Made by a program: the position numbers and the translations under genes. DNA of 64,000 nt from Heteronotia binoei (lineage: Eukaryota): positions 124,001-188,000 of the forward strand of contig NC_083240.1 of the NCBI RefSeq assembly GCF_032191835.1, read 5' to 3'. Every line of letters begins with the position of its first letter. Position 1 is the first letter of the stretch. The notes under the pieces are model-generated. The model saw only the letters and a program-made list of their open reading frames with translations. It was not told the DNA's origin and ran no database searches. This document shows positions 34,460 through 46,770 of this stretch, one piece after another.

Positions 34460-34875
34460 AGAATACTCAATAAGAATGATACATATTATCACTGCAGCAA
34501 GACTTTTGATAGCACAAACCTGGAAACATCACGAAACTCCGAAGAAGCAGGACTTGATTCATAAAATATTAGAGGCAGCTGAAACAGACGCCCTTGCGCT
34601 TCCTAATACGAGAGGGGGAACCCTTGGAGACCCTTTTATGAATGGTTGAAGACACAAATTCGACTCTTATATGATACATACTTGTAATTCCTCAATTTGG
34701 ACACTTTAGTGTTGATATTAGCAAACTATTAGGTCTAATACAAAGATTGTAACCTTTATAGACTAGGAGAAACATTTGTCAATGAATGATGCAGAGTGTA
34801 TATCGAAATAACGTTATTTTCATTTCCCCTTTCTGCATTTCTTTGTTCTATTTCTTAAAACTCTAATAAAATATA
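34460..34875 (+). mobile_element. L1/Tx1-type LINE 3' end fragment, followed by an L2 tail at ~34881-34937
   Basis: IITAARLLIAQTWK...KILEAAE resembles the vertebrate L1/Tx1 ORF2 C-terminus. AT-rich 3' region with AATAAA. Confidence 0.5.
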
Positions 34876-35710
34876 TATTTTATGAGCCGCCCTGAGCCTG
34901 CCTTTGGCAGGGGAGGGCGGGATACAAAAATAAATGTATTAGTATTATTATATAAGCAGAGGCAGGAAGCAGATGCGGCAGGGCATCTCCAGGCCACCCC
35001 TTGAGCCTCCTGCAGCTCGTGATTCTTCGGGTCCGATTAGCGTTCCTCCGTTAAAGTCTCTTCCCAAGGGGCGGGCTGCGCAAAGGCAGCCGGGCAGGGG
35101 CCTTCCCGGGTGGGTCGTTCCACCACGCCGGGGCAGCCTGTGTCCGGGGGGGGGCTGCAGGGGGGACCCAGCACCAGCTGGAAAGGCGGCCGGGGCCCCC
35201 ACAGCCAGGGAGGGAAGGCCGCCTGCGCCAGGAGGGAGCGGGCCTTTGCCGGGCGCTCTGCTCCCTCCTCCAGGGGGAGAGCCCAGGACGGGAGGCAGCA
35301 GGGCAGTCCTCGAGCCGGGGCGGCGGGAGTCCGGCCAGGCACCTTCGAGACCCACCAAGTCTTCTTGTCCCGCGGTCGGGCCTTTCCTGCGCAAAGCGCA
35401 GCTCTGGGGCCCCAAAGCCGCCTGCGAGGCGAGCCCCGCCGCCCGCCCCTCCTCCTCGCTGGGCTGGGCTGGGCTGCATCAGGGGGCTCCAAGGGCCGCC
35501 TCGCCCGGGCCGGGGCTGCTGGGGGGGGAGGGAGGGAGGGCGGGAGGGGCCCGGAGCCGCTGCGTCGCTCGCCTCCCATTGCCGGGCCGTGGCCACGACG
35601 CAGAACGCGGCGGGGGCGACGCAGGGCGGGAGGCGGCGTGTGCCTGCAGCGGGGGAAGCAGCCAGCCAGCCAGCCGCCGCCGCCCCCCCCTCGCCGGGGC
35701 TCCCAGCGCC

Positions 35711-38700
35711 ATGAAGGGCCCGGGGCGCGACCCCCGCTGCCTGGCCGCCCTCCCCAACGGCGCGCCCGGCGGCAGCTGCGGCAGCCTCGTAAGTAGGCCG
35801 GCCCCACGGGGAGGGGAGGGGAGGGGAGGGGGCCCCCTTCTCCACCCCCACCGCCCGGCTCCCTCTTGTCCCCTTGGCCCCGGCAGCAGCAGGAGAACGG
35901 CGACCAGCAGCCCCTGTGCACGCCCAGCGGCCCCGAACCCGCCTGCAGCAGCGCCGGCGGCCCCAACCTCTTCCGAGACGGGCGGACCAAGATCGGTGGG
36001 TGCCGGAGGCGAGGGGAGGCGAGGGGAGGGGAGGGGAGGGGGGTCCCCCGCCGCCCTGACCAGCCGTGCCGCTGCAGACTTCGTGCTGGTGTGGGAGGAG
36101 AAGGCGCGTCCCGGCGCCGCCGCCGCCGCCAAGAGGAGCCGTAGCAGCAGCAGCAGCCGCCGGCGGAGGGCCCGCGCCCAGGCCCGGGCCGAGCAGCAGG
36201 AGGCAGCCGTGGCCTCGCGCCACCAGCGCTGGCGGAGCAAGTTCGGGCGCAACCTGCGCGCCACCGGCCTCCTCCTCGAGCAGGTCTGTCCGCCGGGCCC
36301 GGGGGCGGGGCGGGGGTGGGGGCGCCCCCTGATGGCTGCCCCCCCTGACCGTGCCGCCCCCCCACCCACCCCCCCCCCCCCGCCGGGCAGGAGGAGACGG
36401 CGAGCGAGCGGCGGAGCGTCCAGTTCCTGAAGCTGAGCGCGCCCTGGCCCCTGCTGCTCTACTACGCCGAGGAGCTGAGCCTGCGGGCGCCGCTGCAGGT
36501 GAGCCTGGCGCCCGAGGGGAGGGGAGGGGAGGGGAGGGGAGGGGAGGGGGCAGCAGCCGTAGCCGCGTCTCCCTCCCTCCCTCCCTCCTGGCCCCCCGCA
36601 GGCCCACCCCAACCCGGACAGCAACGCCTCGGACGCTCTGCTCCGCAAGCTGCGCCTGCCCAACCCCCTGGCCCAGCCGGTGCCCAACAAGCCCCTCGAC
36701 TTCTACACCTGCGCCTTCCGCAAGTCCAAGCTCCACAGGCGAGTAGCGGCAACGCCGCCGGCCCCAGCCTGCCTGGCTCCTTTGGCATTCCAAGCGGCCG
36801 CCAGGCCCCTCTCCCCGGTGGAGCCCTTCCGCAGGGCAGCCCTTTCTCCTCGCCCGCCCGCCCGCCCGCCTCCCTGGGCGGCCCCTGCGGGCGTGGGGGA
36901 GGCGGGGGTCTGGGCACAGGCTGGCTCTGGCGAAGGAAGGCGCCCACTCGGATGCTTCCGCCTCTTTCAGGTTTCTGGGCAGCGACTCCCGCGACTCCTA
37001 CTTCAGCAACACGCAAAGGCAGCGCATCGTGAGTTGCCCTCGTTCGCGGAGGACGGGCGCTTCGTTGAGCCAGGCTGAGGCAGCCTCCTCCTTCCCCGGC
37101 GCCCAGCCCGAGGGGGCGGGCAGTCTCCCCTCCCCGGGGCCGCGCCTCAGCCTGGCTCTCCTGCTGCCGGCAGGTGTACGAGATCTTGGCCCGCACTGCC
37201 TACGGGAAGAGGAAGCGCGCCCAAGTGGGCATCGAGCGGCTGCTGAATGAAGGCGTCTATTCTGCAGCCTTCCCCTTGCACGAGGTGAGGGCAGGCCCGG
37301 TGCTGCTGTCCAGGGGCTGAGAGTCTGGCCCAGAAGGGACGGCAAATACAGGAGGCAGCAAAGGCCGAACGAGGCGCCTGGCCACGGGGCGCTTGGGCCC
37401 TGCCCCTGCCGCTGCCTCCTCCTCCTGGAAGGGACCTCTGCGGCCATCTAGTCCACCCCTGCTCCTCCTGCTGCAGGGTCCTTTTGAGCTGCCCGAGTAC
37501 GAGGTGCCCGGAGAAGAGCTGAACCCCCGGCAGGTCCTGTACGGCTTCTGGGCGCGATGGGGCTGCTGGTACAAGTACCAGCCTTTAGACCACATCCGGG
37601 AGTATTTTGGAGAGAAGGTGGCCATCTACTTCGCCTGGCTGGGTGAGAAGCCGCTGGATCGGCCGCTTCCTTCCCCCTGCTGGAGCCCCCTCCGCTCTTC
37701 CTCAGGCCCAGCCGCAGCCCCCACATAGCAGAGGGCCCTGGAAGCCCGCAGCCACGCTGGCTCCCCCTTCCGCCCCAGGCCCTTGTGGGGGCAGGAAGCT
37801 CTCTGCGCATCCTCAGAGGAGGCTCCTCTCTGCCTGTCTGCCTGCCTTGTGTGGAAGGGAGGGGGATCTAAGCCCCCCCCCCGTGTCCTCTGTGATGGAC
37901 TTCCGGCCCCCACAGGTATTTCCTGGCTCCACACTGAGCAGATTGCAGGGCCCAGCCCCTGTTGGCCGGAGGGGGGCAGAGGGGTGTGCCTGAAGTAGGC
38001 CCTCCTTGTCTTGCAGGCTTCTACACCGCGTGGCTCCTCCCTGCTGCAGGCGTGGGCACCTTCGTCTTCCTCGCGGGCCTCTTGGCCATGGGCACCAACA
38101 CGCCAGCGTGAGTGTGGGGAGGGGCTGCCGGGCAGCCTTGTTGGGAGGGGGGGCAGCGGGTGCCTCCTTGCTTGGCCATCTAGAAGAGCTTCGTCCTGAG
38201 AGCGGAATGGACCCTCCAGGCTCAGAGGCAGTCTGTCCCCCGCCACGAATGGCTGGAGGCTGCTTTGCATGTGGCCCCCCCACTAGCCCTGGATCCCAAG
38301 GGTGAGGTGAAGCCCCAGGAAAGGGCCGAGGAAATTTCAGAGATGGGTGGGGATGTGCCCCCCCCCAAAGCAGCTGCTTCTGCATTCCCCCCCACCCCCA
38401 GGCAAGAGATCTGCAACAGTGGGGGTCAGTTCCTCATGTGCCCGCTGTGTGACTCCTGCGGCAACTGGAACCTCTCCGAGATCTGCTCCATGGCCAAGGT
38501 GGGTGTGGCACGCTGGCTTGCAGCGGGGTCTGCGCGGGGCCAGGGGGAGGGCTGCAAGGTGAGGGCAGGCGGCTTTGCAAGGCCACCCACAGGGGCTGGG
38601 AGGCTTGTGGGGCTCCTGGGGGCTCTTCCTTCTTCCTGTGCCTTCTGCCCCCTCCCCCCCAGGTCGGCTACCTCTTTGACCACCCGGGGACCGTCTTCTT

Positions 38701-41700
38701 CAGCATCTTCATGTCCTTCTGGGCTGTGACCTTCCTGGAGTACTGGAAGCGGAAGAACGCCACCCTGGCCCACCACTGGGACTGCATGGACTTCCAGGAG
38801 GAGGAGGCAGGCGGGGGCTGGGGGGAGGGGGCAGAGGCCTGGGGCTGGGGAACTGTCAGGAGCCAGTCTGGAGCCCGCTTGGCGGTGTGCCCGTTCTGAG
38901 GCTGGTGGAGCTGGGGTGTGATGGGGGGGCAGGAGCGGGAAGACCTCTGGGTGGCCGCGAACCCCAATGAGGCACAAGTGTCACTTCCGTGCCTCACCTG
39001 CAGAGGGAACCTTAGAAAGGCCCTCTGCCCACTGAAGCCAAGCGATTGCCAGGAGCCCTTTAGGCTGCTGAGGTGTTTCCTGCCTTTTAGCAGCCAGTGA
39101 GTGGGTGGAGCAGCCCTGTGCAGCAGCAGGGCCCTTGTTCTCCACCCCCCAGCCCCAGCGTGGGGCAGATCCCTTCTCCGGCTTCCAGTCCTTACTGGGC
39201 TCTTGGCCTCGCAGGAACGGCCGCGGCCGGAGTTTGCTGCACTGGCGCCTTGCATGGAGCAGAATCCCATCACTGGGGTGAAGGAGCCCCACTTCCCCGC
39301 CTGGGACCGCCTCCCACGCTTCCTCACAGGGTCCATGGCCATCATCCTCATGGTGAGAAGCAGGGCCCCTCCGCCCCCCCTGGGATGCTCGGGGTCTGTC
39401 TGCGCAGACTGGGGAAGGGGCCGCCTGGCACAAAGGTGGCTTCATTCATGTGCCCTGGGGGGGTCTCTCTGTCCCCGCTCAGCTCTGCGTGGTGATGATC
39501 TTCCTGGTGTCCGTGATCCTCTACCGCGGGATCATCAGCACCATGATGTACCGCACCGGAAACTCCCTCTTGGTGAGCCAGGTAAGAGGAGACGGGGAGG
39601 AGGGGGGAGCACGTGGGTTCTTCTGCCCAGCTGCTGCTGCTGCTGCACAGGGGCATCCATTGAGGGGTTGCCAGCCTCTTCTCCCGGACATTTCACCTCT
39701 TGTAGGCAGAGCCCAGTCAAGGGAAAGGAGGAGGCAGGATCCCACTCTTGGGCCCGCCTCCCAGCAGCAGCAGGAGCAGGATTGGGCCCTCCTGCCTGGG
39801 CGTCTCTTTCTTTTGTTGTCCTGCAGGCCACTGGGGTGCTGGGGGAGGGGGGTACCCTGCAGTGGCCCCCGTCCTCCAGAGCTGGGAGAAATCCGGCCTC
39901 GGGCAGAGGTCTCCCCAGGGCCCTGCAGCTCCTCGAAGACTGACCCCTCTGCCGCCCTTGCTCCTCCCAGCAAGTGGGGAGGGAGGCCTGCAACAGCCTC
40001 TGCTGAGGCTGGCCTGCTCCAGAGGATAACCCTCCTCTTGATGCCACTTGGGATTCTCCTTGAGGGACCGAGCCCTCCAGCTGAGGCTGGCCTGCTCCAT
40101 AGGATAACCTGGCAACCTGAGGATGGTGCTGAGTTGGATGGGGATGGCCTTTGAAGCTGTGGCAGGCAGAGCCCCCTCCTCCGTGCCCCTCTGGTGGTTT
40201 TAGCAGCTCCCAGTTTCTCTCTGAGTTCCTTTGCTCTTTGTGGCTTAGCCCCCGCCTTCTCCCCATAAGTGGCTGGAGGAGTCCGGGGGCCTCTGCTCGT
40301 CTGTCTGTGCACTGTGCGGGGGAGGGAGGAGGGCTGCTGCCCAGCGGGGAGGGGGCGCCTTTTCTGGGGCAAGCAGGCAGGCTGGCTGCTCAGGGTGCTG
40401 CCAAAAGGAAAAGGGTTCCTAGACGTGGAGGAGGCTCCGTTGCTGCTCCCCTTCTTCCCCCAGGACTTTGAGGAGCGGTCCTGCCTAAGAGCCCTGTGGC
40501 GCAGAGTGGTAAGGCTGCAGTACTGCAGTTGGAGCCCTCTGCTCACGACCTGAGTTTGATTCCAGCGGAAGCTGGTTCAGGTAGCCTGCTCCAGGTTGAC
40601 TCAGCCTTGCCTCCTTCTGAGGTCGGTCAAATGAGTCCCTAGCTTGCTGGGGGGGAAGTGTAATGACTGGGGAAGAGAATGGCAAGGATGGCGGAAGTGG
40701 GGAGGCAGGCAGGGGGCCCCATGGCAGTGGATCCCCCAGGTCCAGCGATTGTCTCCAAGGCTGCAAGAATGCCCCCCCAGGGCTCCTTCCTGTCACAGCC
40801 CGCCCCCGCCTGCAGTGATGGGAACGGAGGGGGGAAGGGCTCCAGAGGGCCAGCCCTGGGGTGGGGGGGAGGAAAAGAGCCCGGAGGTCCCCAGCAGGCA
40901 GCCAGAGCCTTTGGAGAAGTGTCTGGGCAGTGGAGCCGCCACCTCGGAGGCCCCTCCTGGCCTCCCTTCCTTCTGCCTCCTTGCAGGCCGGGAACATCGC
41001 CAACCTGAGCAGCTGCATGGTGAACCTCGTCCTCATCCTCCTCCTGGGCCAGGTCTACACCTCCCTGGCCGAGAAGCTCACCAGGTGGGGTGAGTAGGAG
41101 CCAGCTCTGCTGCAGCACCCCTCCCCCCTTATTCCCTGGGGCCCTTCCTAGCACCACCGCTCAAGCGCCCTTTGCGCCGGGGGCGGGCAGGGCCAAACCC
41201 AACCTTTCTGCCACTTCCTGATTGCAGGAGGGGCCCCTCCCTGGCCTTCCTGCCTGACCCTTTTTGCTGGGGCCACCACTCCTTTGCACACTTCCCTAGA
41301 TGCCGCCAGACCCAGCCACGTTGGGCATCGGTGTCCTGAAGGGGCATGGGGGGGGCCCTCCTCCTCCCCACTGCCACACGCACACCCACATCCTATGTCG
41401 CCTCTGCAGAAATGCACCAGACACAGACGCAACATGAGGACGCCTTCACCTTCAAGGTCTTCATTTTCCAGTTTGTGAATTTCTACTCCTCACCTTTCTA
41501 TGTGGCCTTCTTCAAAGGCAGGTGCGCAACACACGCCCCCCCCCCCATGGTGCCAAGCAGACAGCCCCGCCAGAGGGAGGGAGGGAGGGAAGGGGGGTGC
41601 ACAGCCTGGCCCCTTCTTAGCTGAACAGGAAAGTCATGCCCACTGCCTGGGTCTGGCTGGAGTGTTTCAAGCCCCTCCCCCAATGAAACAGGGCTTTTGT

Positions 41701-44700
41701 CTCTCCTGGCCAGGTTTCCCTCCCCCCCCCCAGCTCCCCTTCAGGCCGGCCTGGGACTCAGGAGCTGCCCTTGGGGTCTGGGGCAGTCCCCTACAAGGCT
41801 GCTCTCCTCCTCCTCTCCCCCCCCCCTCGGGATGGGACCCCCAAGTGCGGCATGGCAGGCAGGAGGCTTTGGGGGCTGCCTGCAGAGGAGGGGCTTCTGT
41901 GGGGTCAAAGGGCTCTCTCCCCCCCAACAGGTTTGTGCGCTATCCAGGTCAATATGGCAAACTGCTGGGCATGCGGAATGAGGATGTAAGTGGGCCCTGC
42001 CATCCTCCCCAGGGGTGAGCTGGGGACTTGTCTTGCGAGAGGCTGGACTGGAAGCGCTGTCTGTCCTTCTGTTGCCTCTTGCCCAATCAGGTGTGCAGAA
42101 GCACCGGAGGTGGGCGTGCCAGAGGGATCCCGGGTTGGTTGGCAGGGGTCCCTCAGCCTGGTCCCAGCTTGGCTGCCCCCCGGGCCTCCAGCCAGCAGCA
42201 GTGAAAGCCTCCCCTCCCCCCCCACAGTGTGGCCCCGGGGGGTGCCTGATCGAGCTGGCCCAGCAGCTCTTTGTCATCATGGTGGGGAAGCAGATTGTCA
42301 GCAACGCCCAGGAGTTCCTCCTCCCGTGAGTTTCTGCCCCTGCAGGCAGGTGGGAGGGGGGCTGGGTGGCAGGAGCTCCTGCCGTGGGGAGGAGGCCCAG
42401 GAGCGTGGCGTGCCAGCTGTCCTCCCCCCTGCCACTGCAGCAAGCTGAAGGCCTGGCACCAGAAGCGGAAGCTGGCCCGGGTGCGGGGCGCCCAGATCGC
42501 CCAGGAGCCCAGGCGCTGGGAAGAGGACTTTGAGCTCATCGCCTGCGAAGGCCTCTTTGAGGAGTACCTGGAGATGGGTAAGAGGCAGCCGTGGGGAGGG
42601 GGGTGTCCCTGTGGCCACCCACTGCGGGAGTCTCTGTCTTTCTGGGCCAGGCAGGCGCTGGCTCTTGACCTCTGGCCACCACTTCATCATGGGGGACCAG
42701 AGGACAGGCCTCCTGTGCAAGATTGTTGTGCGGCTCCCAGCCGAGCTCTGCCGTTGTCCCGCAGTCCTGCAGTTCGGCTTCATCACCATCTTTGTGGCCG
42801 CGTTCCCCCTGGCTCCGCTCTTTGCCCTGCTGAACAACTGGGTGGAGATCCGGCTGGATGCCCAGAAGTTTGTGTGCGAATATCGCCGCCCAGTGGCCGA
42901 GCGCGCGCAGGGCATCAGCGTCTGGTTTTTCATTCTGGATGTCCTGGCACACCTCTCGGTGGTTGTCAACGTGAGTAGGGAGGCAGGCAGCTTCTCCCAA
43001 GGAGCCGCTGTTCTCCCGAGCTGGCCTCAAGGGGGGTAGGGCCCTCCTGTACGATGGGTGGGAGAGCGCTTTTCCTGGCATGCAGACACACCCACGGAGA
43101 GAGCTGCACCTGTTGCATTTTGTCACCTGGAGACAAGATACCTCTGGGACTGGTTGCTATGGAAACCGGAAGGGGGGTTGCAGCTCACATGCCTCAATCC
43201 AGAGGAGGCAGCGTTGCCGGAGCCCCAGGAGCTGGGCCCCCTCCCTCTCCCCATCTGCCTGTCCAGGAGAAGAGCCGCCCTCCCCGGTGTGGGGGGCCTG
43301 GGCTTTCTAAGCAGCAGCCCTGCAGCCCCCCTCCCACTCTGGGGAGACCTGCCCTAACCCTAACCCAGCAGCTTGGGAGGGGGGGTGCGGCTCAGGGGGC
43401 CTTCTGAGCATCCCTCTCTGTGTGTGTGTGTGGCCCACAGGCCTTCCTCATCGCTTTCACCTCCGACTTCCTGCCACGCCTCCTCTACCAGTACGAGCAG
43501 GACAGCCAGCTGCGGGGCTACGTCAACTTCACCCTGGCCTACTCGCCTCCCAGCTATGTGGACAGCAACCACACCATGTGCCGGTGCGCAGGCCACCGCC
43601 TTGCCCTGCCCCCAGCCTCCCCCCTCCCCGGGCAGAGGCTCCCTGCTCACCTGCCTGCTTGACCCCCCCATGCAGGTACAAGGCTTTCCGCGATGCCAAC
43701 GGCAGCTACACCCTCTTCTACTGGAAGCTCTTGGCCATCCGCCTGGGCTTCATCATCACCTTTGAGGTGAGAGCCGCTGCTGGCTGCCTGCCTGGGGCTT
43801 CCCCCCCTCACCTCTCCAGCAGAAGGGGCAGTCACATCTCTGCTGGTCTCCAGCCCCGGAGGGAAGCTGCTTCTTTCCCTTTGATGCCCCCCCCCAGATC
43901 CCCCCTCCAGGGACTGCTCCCCCCCAGACATGGGCGCCCCCTGCTGGGCTGAGGAAGCAGTGCACCCTTCTCTGACTCACAGGGTGGGGGTGGGGGGGCT
44001 GCCAGGTATGCCAAAGACACTGCTCACCGTTCCAGGGCCTGCACAATCACTCATGCCTGGCACACCACACAATCACAGCACACGACATTGTGGCCACCTG
44101 CGGCTATTTTAGTGGGGGGAGGCCTGAAGCATGCTGGGGGGGGGGCAGAAGTGTTGCAGTGAACTTTGGCACCCCCCCTCCCAGGTGCTGAGTGAGCGGT
44201 GGGGCGTTGGGAGGGGCCCTCAGGGACTGGTGGCCCCCCACTTCATGGCCTGGGGGCTTCTCCTCTGGGTTGAGTTCTGCTCTGCAAAGGGCTCAGTGGC
44301 CAGTCTTTGGAGGAGTCTGTCTCCCTCCCTCCCTCCCGGCCTGTGCCCAGACCCACCACGCTGTGTCGTCTTCTATGGAGTCTGTCTCCCTCCCTCCCTC
44401 CGGGCATGTGCCTCCCTCCCTCCCTCCTGTGCCCAGACCCACTGTGCTGGGTCTCCCTCCCGCTGCCTTCCATGGAGTCTGTCTCCCTCCCTCCTGGCCT
44501 GTGCCCAGGCCTACCGTGCTGGGACTCCCTCCCGCTGCCTTCTGTGGAGTCTGTCTCCCTCCCTCCCTCCTGGCATGTGCCCAGACTCACCGTGCTGGGT
44601 CTCCCTCCCGCCGCCTTCCGTGGAGTCTGTCTTCCTCCTGGCCTGTGCCCAGACCCACCACGCTGCCTCTCCCTCCCGCCTCCTTCCGTGGTGTGGCCCA

Positions 44701-45462
44701 CCCAGCCGCCACCTCTCTGGCGGGCAGCAGCCATCCTGGGGCAGGGGTGCTGAGGAGGTGAGCCCCCCCTCCGTGGGCTGCCTTCTCCCCTCGCCCTTGC
44801 AGGGCAGGCAGGGGTCAGCTTGCTGTTGGGCTCAGCCAAGACTGCCTTAAGGGAGCGAATGGTCACATTGGCCTGCCTCCCTGGGCTGTGGGGAGGCTTG
44901 CTGGGAGGGAGGGAGTTCTTTGCATGATGCTGTGAGCCAAGGCAAAAGGCACGGGGTGGGGGTGGGGGGTGCAGAGAGGTGTGCAGCTGCTGAGGTGGCC
45001 TCCCCTTCCCTGGCAGCACGTGGTGTTTTTCTGCTTGCGCCTGATTGACTGGCTGGTGCCGGACGTCCCGAAGTCCCTGGAGCTGAAGATCAGGCGGGAG
45101 AGATACTTGGCCAAGCAGGCCTTGGCCGACAACCCGGCTGCGCTGCTGATGGTGAGTCCGGACTCCTCCTCCTCCTCCTCCCCAGGTCAGTTGGGGTGGG
45201 GGAGGGGATGGGAGGGGCGCCTGGGCCATTGTGTTGATGTTGTCCCCCCCACCCCAGGCACCAAAAACGTCCCTTGCCAAAACCCACTCTTGCCCTCAAA
45301 GGATCAACTCCTGCCCCCTGGGGTATGCAGAGAAGAGGAGCTGCCTCTGAGCAGGTACAGAGTGCACTTCCTGCCCCACAGGCTCTCTCTGTCCCACCTC
45401 CAATGAGAGATTCTGGACTTTGCCTATTCAATTGTTTAGCAGCAGCTTCTGCTAAGATTTAG
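35711..45462 (+). CDS. ANO7L1: Anoctamin-7-like (TMEM16 family) protein at the syntenic position of human ANO7L1; about 900 aa
   Basis: Exons in one open frame: 35711-35788, 35887-35995, 36078-36283, 36391-36498, 36602-36738, 36971-37028, 37174-37284, 37477-37642, 38017-38107, 38402-38498, 38663-38806, 39215-39352, 39483-39581, 40987-41089, 41410-41521, 41931-41985, 42228-42325, 42441-42577, 42765-42970, 43441-43583, 43676-43766, 45017-45151 (874 codons). Probable last exon 45382-45462 (ALSVPPP...SAKI*), less certain. Motifs [56 protein letters not shown]. Family assignment is firm; the symbol rests on synteny. Confidence 0.9.
40488..40665 (+). mobile_element. Third tRNA-derived SINE type in anoctamin intron 13
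   Basis: gagccctgtggcgcagagtgg (A box), gagtttgattcc (B box) and a gttgactcagccttgcctccttctgaggtcggtcaaatgagt central block typical of reptile SINE bodies. Confidence 0.6.
44311..44690. repeat. Degenerate ~65-75-bp minisatellite in anoctamin intron 21
   Basis: About five units of ggagtctgtctccctccctccctcc.ggc.tgtgcccagac. Confidence 0.8.
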
Positions 45463-45780
45463 CTATTCAAGGCTGCTGGACAATACAAAAAAGTTAAGGG
45501 TCTTTTGAATTATCACTAGCAAGCCAAACCAAAAAGTTTCAGAGACTTTTATCTTGTCTTGAAAAAAGACATTGTTCTCTTTATTGTGCAAAACAGGGCC
45601 CTGTGAAAATTAACCATATATTTACTGTATGGACAAGTGCTAAAATTAACAAAGTTCCTGTAATCATATTACAGCAAGTAATAATTTAAAAAGGAAAGCA
45701 AGTCCCAGGCTTCTGGCTCAACAAGCTCAAGTCAGACATATCCCCCAAAATCTCACCCCATGTCCTTTCTGAGACTTCAT

Positions 45781-46770
45781 AAGAACATAAAAGAAGCCAG
45801 GTGTATTGGGCCAATGGCCCATCCAGTCCAACACTCTGTGCCACACAGATGTCAAAACCCAGGTGCCATCAGGAGGCCCACCCGTGGGGCCAGAACCACA
45901 GGAGCCCTCCCATTGTGGCCCTGCAAGCACCAAGAATAGGGAGCATCTCTGCCCCAGACACACTGTTTCCTCTATGGCCAACAGCCACTCATGGACCTCT
46001 TCTCTATAGATGTATCCAGTCCTCTCTTGAAATGGCATATGCTTATAGCTGCCACCACTTCCTGTGGCAATGAATTCCATGTGTTTATCACCCTTTGCGT
46101 GAAGGACTTCCATTTATCTGTTCTAAGCCTACTGCTCAATTCCATTGAGTGCCCACCACTTCTTGCATTATGAGAAAGGGAGAAAAGGACTTCTTTCTCT
46201 ACCTTCTCCATCCCATGCATAATCTTGTTAACCTCTATCATGTCACTCCTCAGTTGACTTTCTCCAAGCTAAAGAGCCCCAAGCGTTTTAACCTTTCTTC
46301 ACAGGTAAAGTGTTCCATCTCCTTAATCATTCTAGTTGCCTTTTTCTGCACCTTTCCCAATGCTAGAATACCTTTTTTGAGGTGCAGTGACCAGAACTGT
46401 ACACAGACAGTGTTCCCAATGAGGCTGCCCCATAGATTTCTACAGGGGCCTCATTACTGTGGCTGGCTGGTTTTCAGCCCCCTCCCTAATAATTCCCAGC
46501 AGTGCATTTCCCTTTTCTTTTGTTTAAATTGCACTCACACCCTGCGTTGACACCTTCCTTCAGGGAGTTATGTGCCTTGACTCCCAAGATCTCTCTCCTG
46601 GTCAGTCTCCACCAGCTCAGGCCACGTCAAAGGACATGTATAGTTCGGGTTTTCAGCTCCAACGTGCATTCCTTTGAACCTCATCTGCCACATTGACGCC
46701 CACTTGCCCAGCCTACACAGATCCCTCTGGAGCACCTCACAAGCCTCCCTCATTCTCACCACCCTGAATA
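45781..46770 (-). mobile_element. CR1 LINE 3' fragment
   Basis: Minus-strand frames LQRDLCRLGKWASMWQMRF and FTQRVINTWNSLPQEVVAA; aagaacata terminus. Confidence 0.8.

Noticed and set aside
34973-35710. Longer N-terminal extension of the anoctamin via the 485-aa ORF
   Set aside because: Low-complexity CpG-island translation. The ATG at 35711 has a good Kozak context and gives a normal-length protein; an upstream start remains possible but is unsupported.
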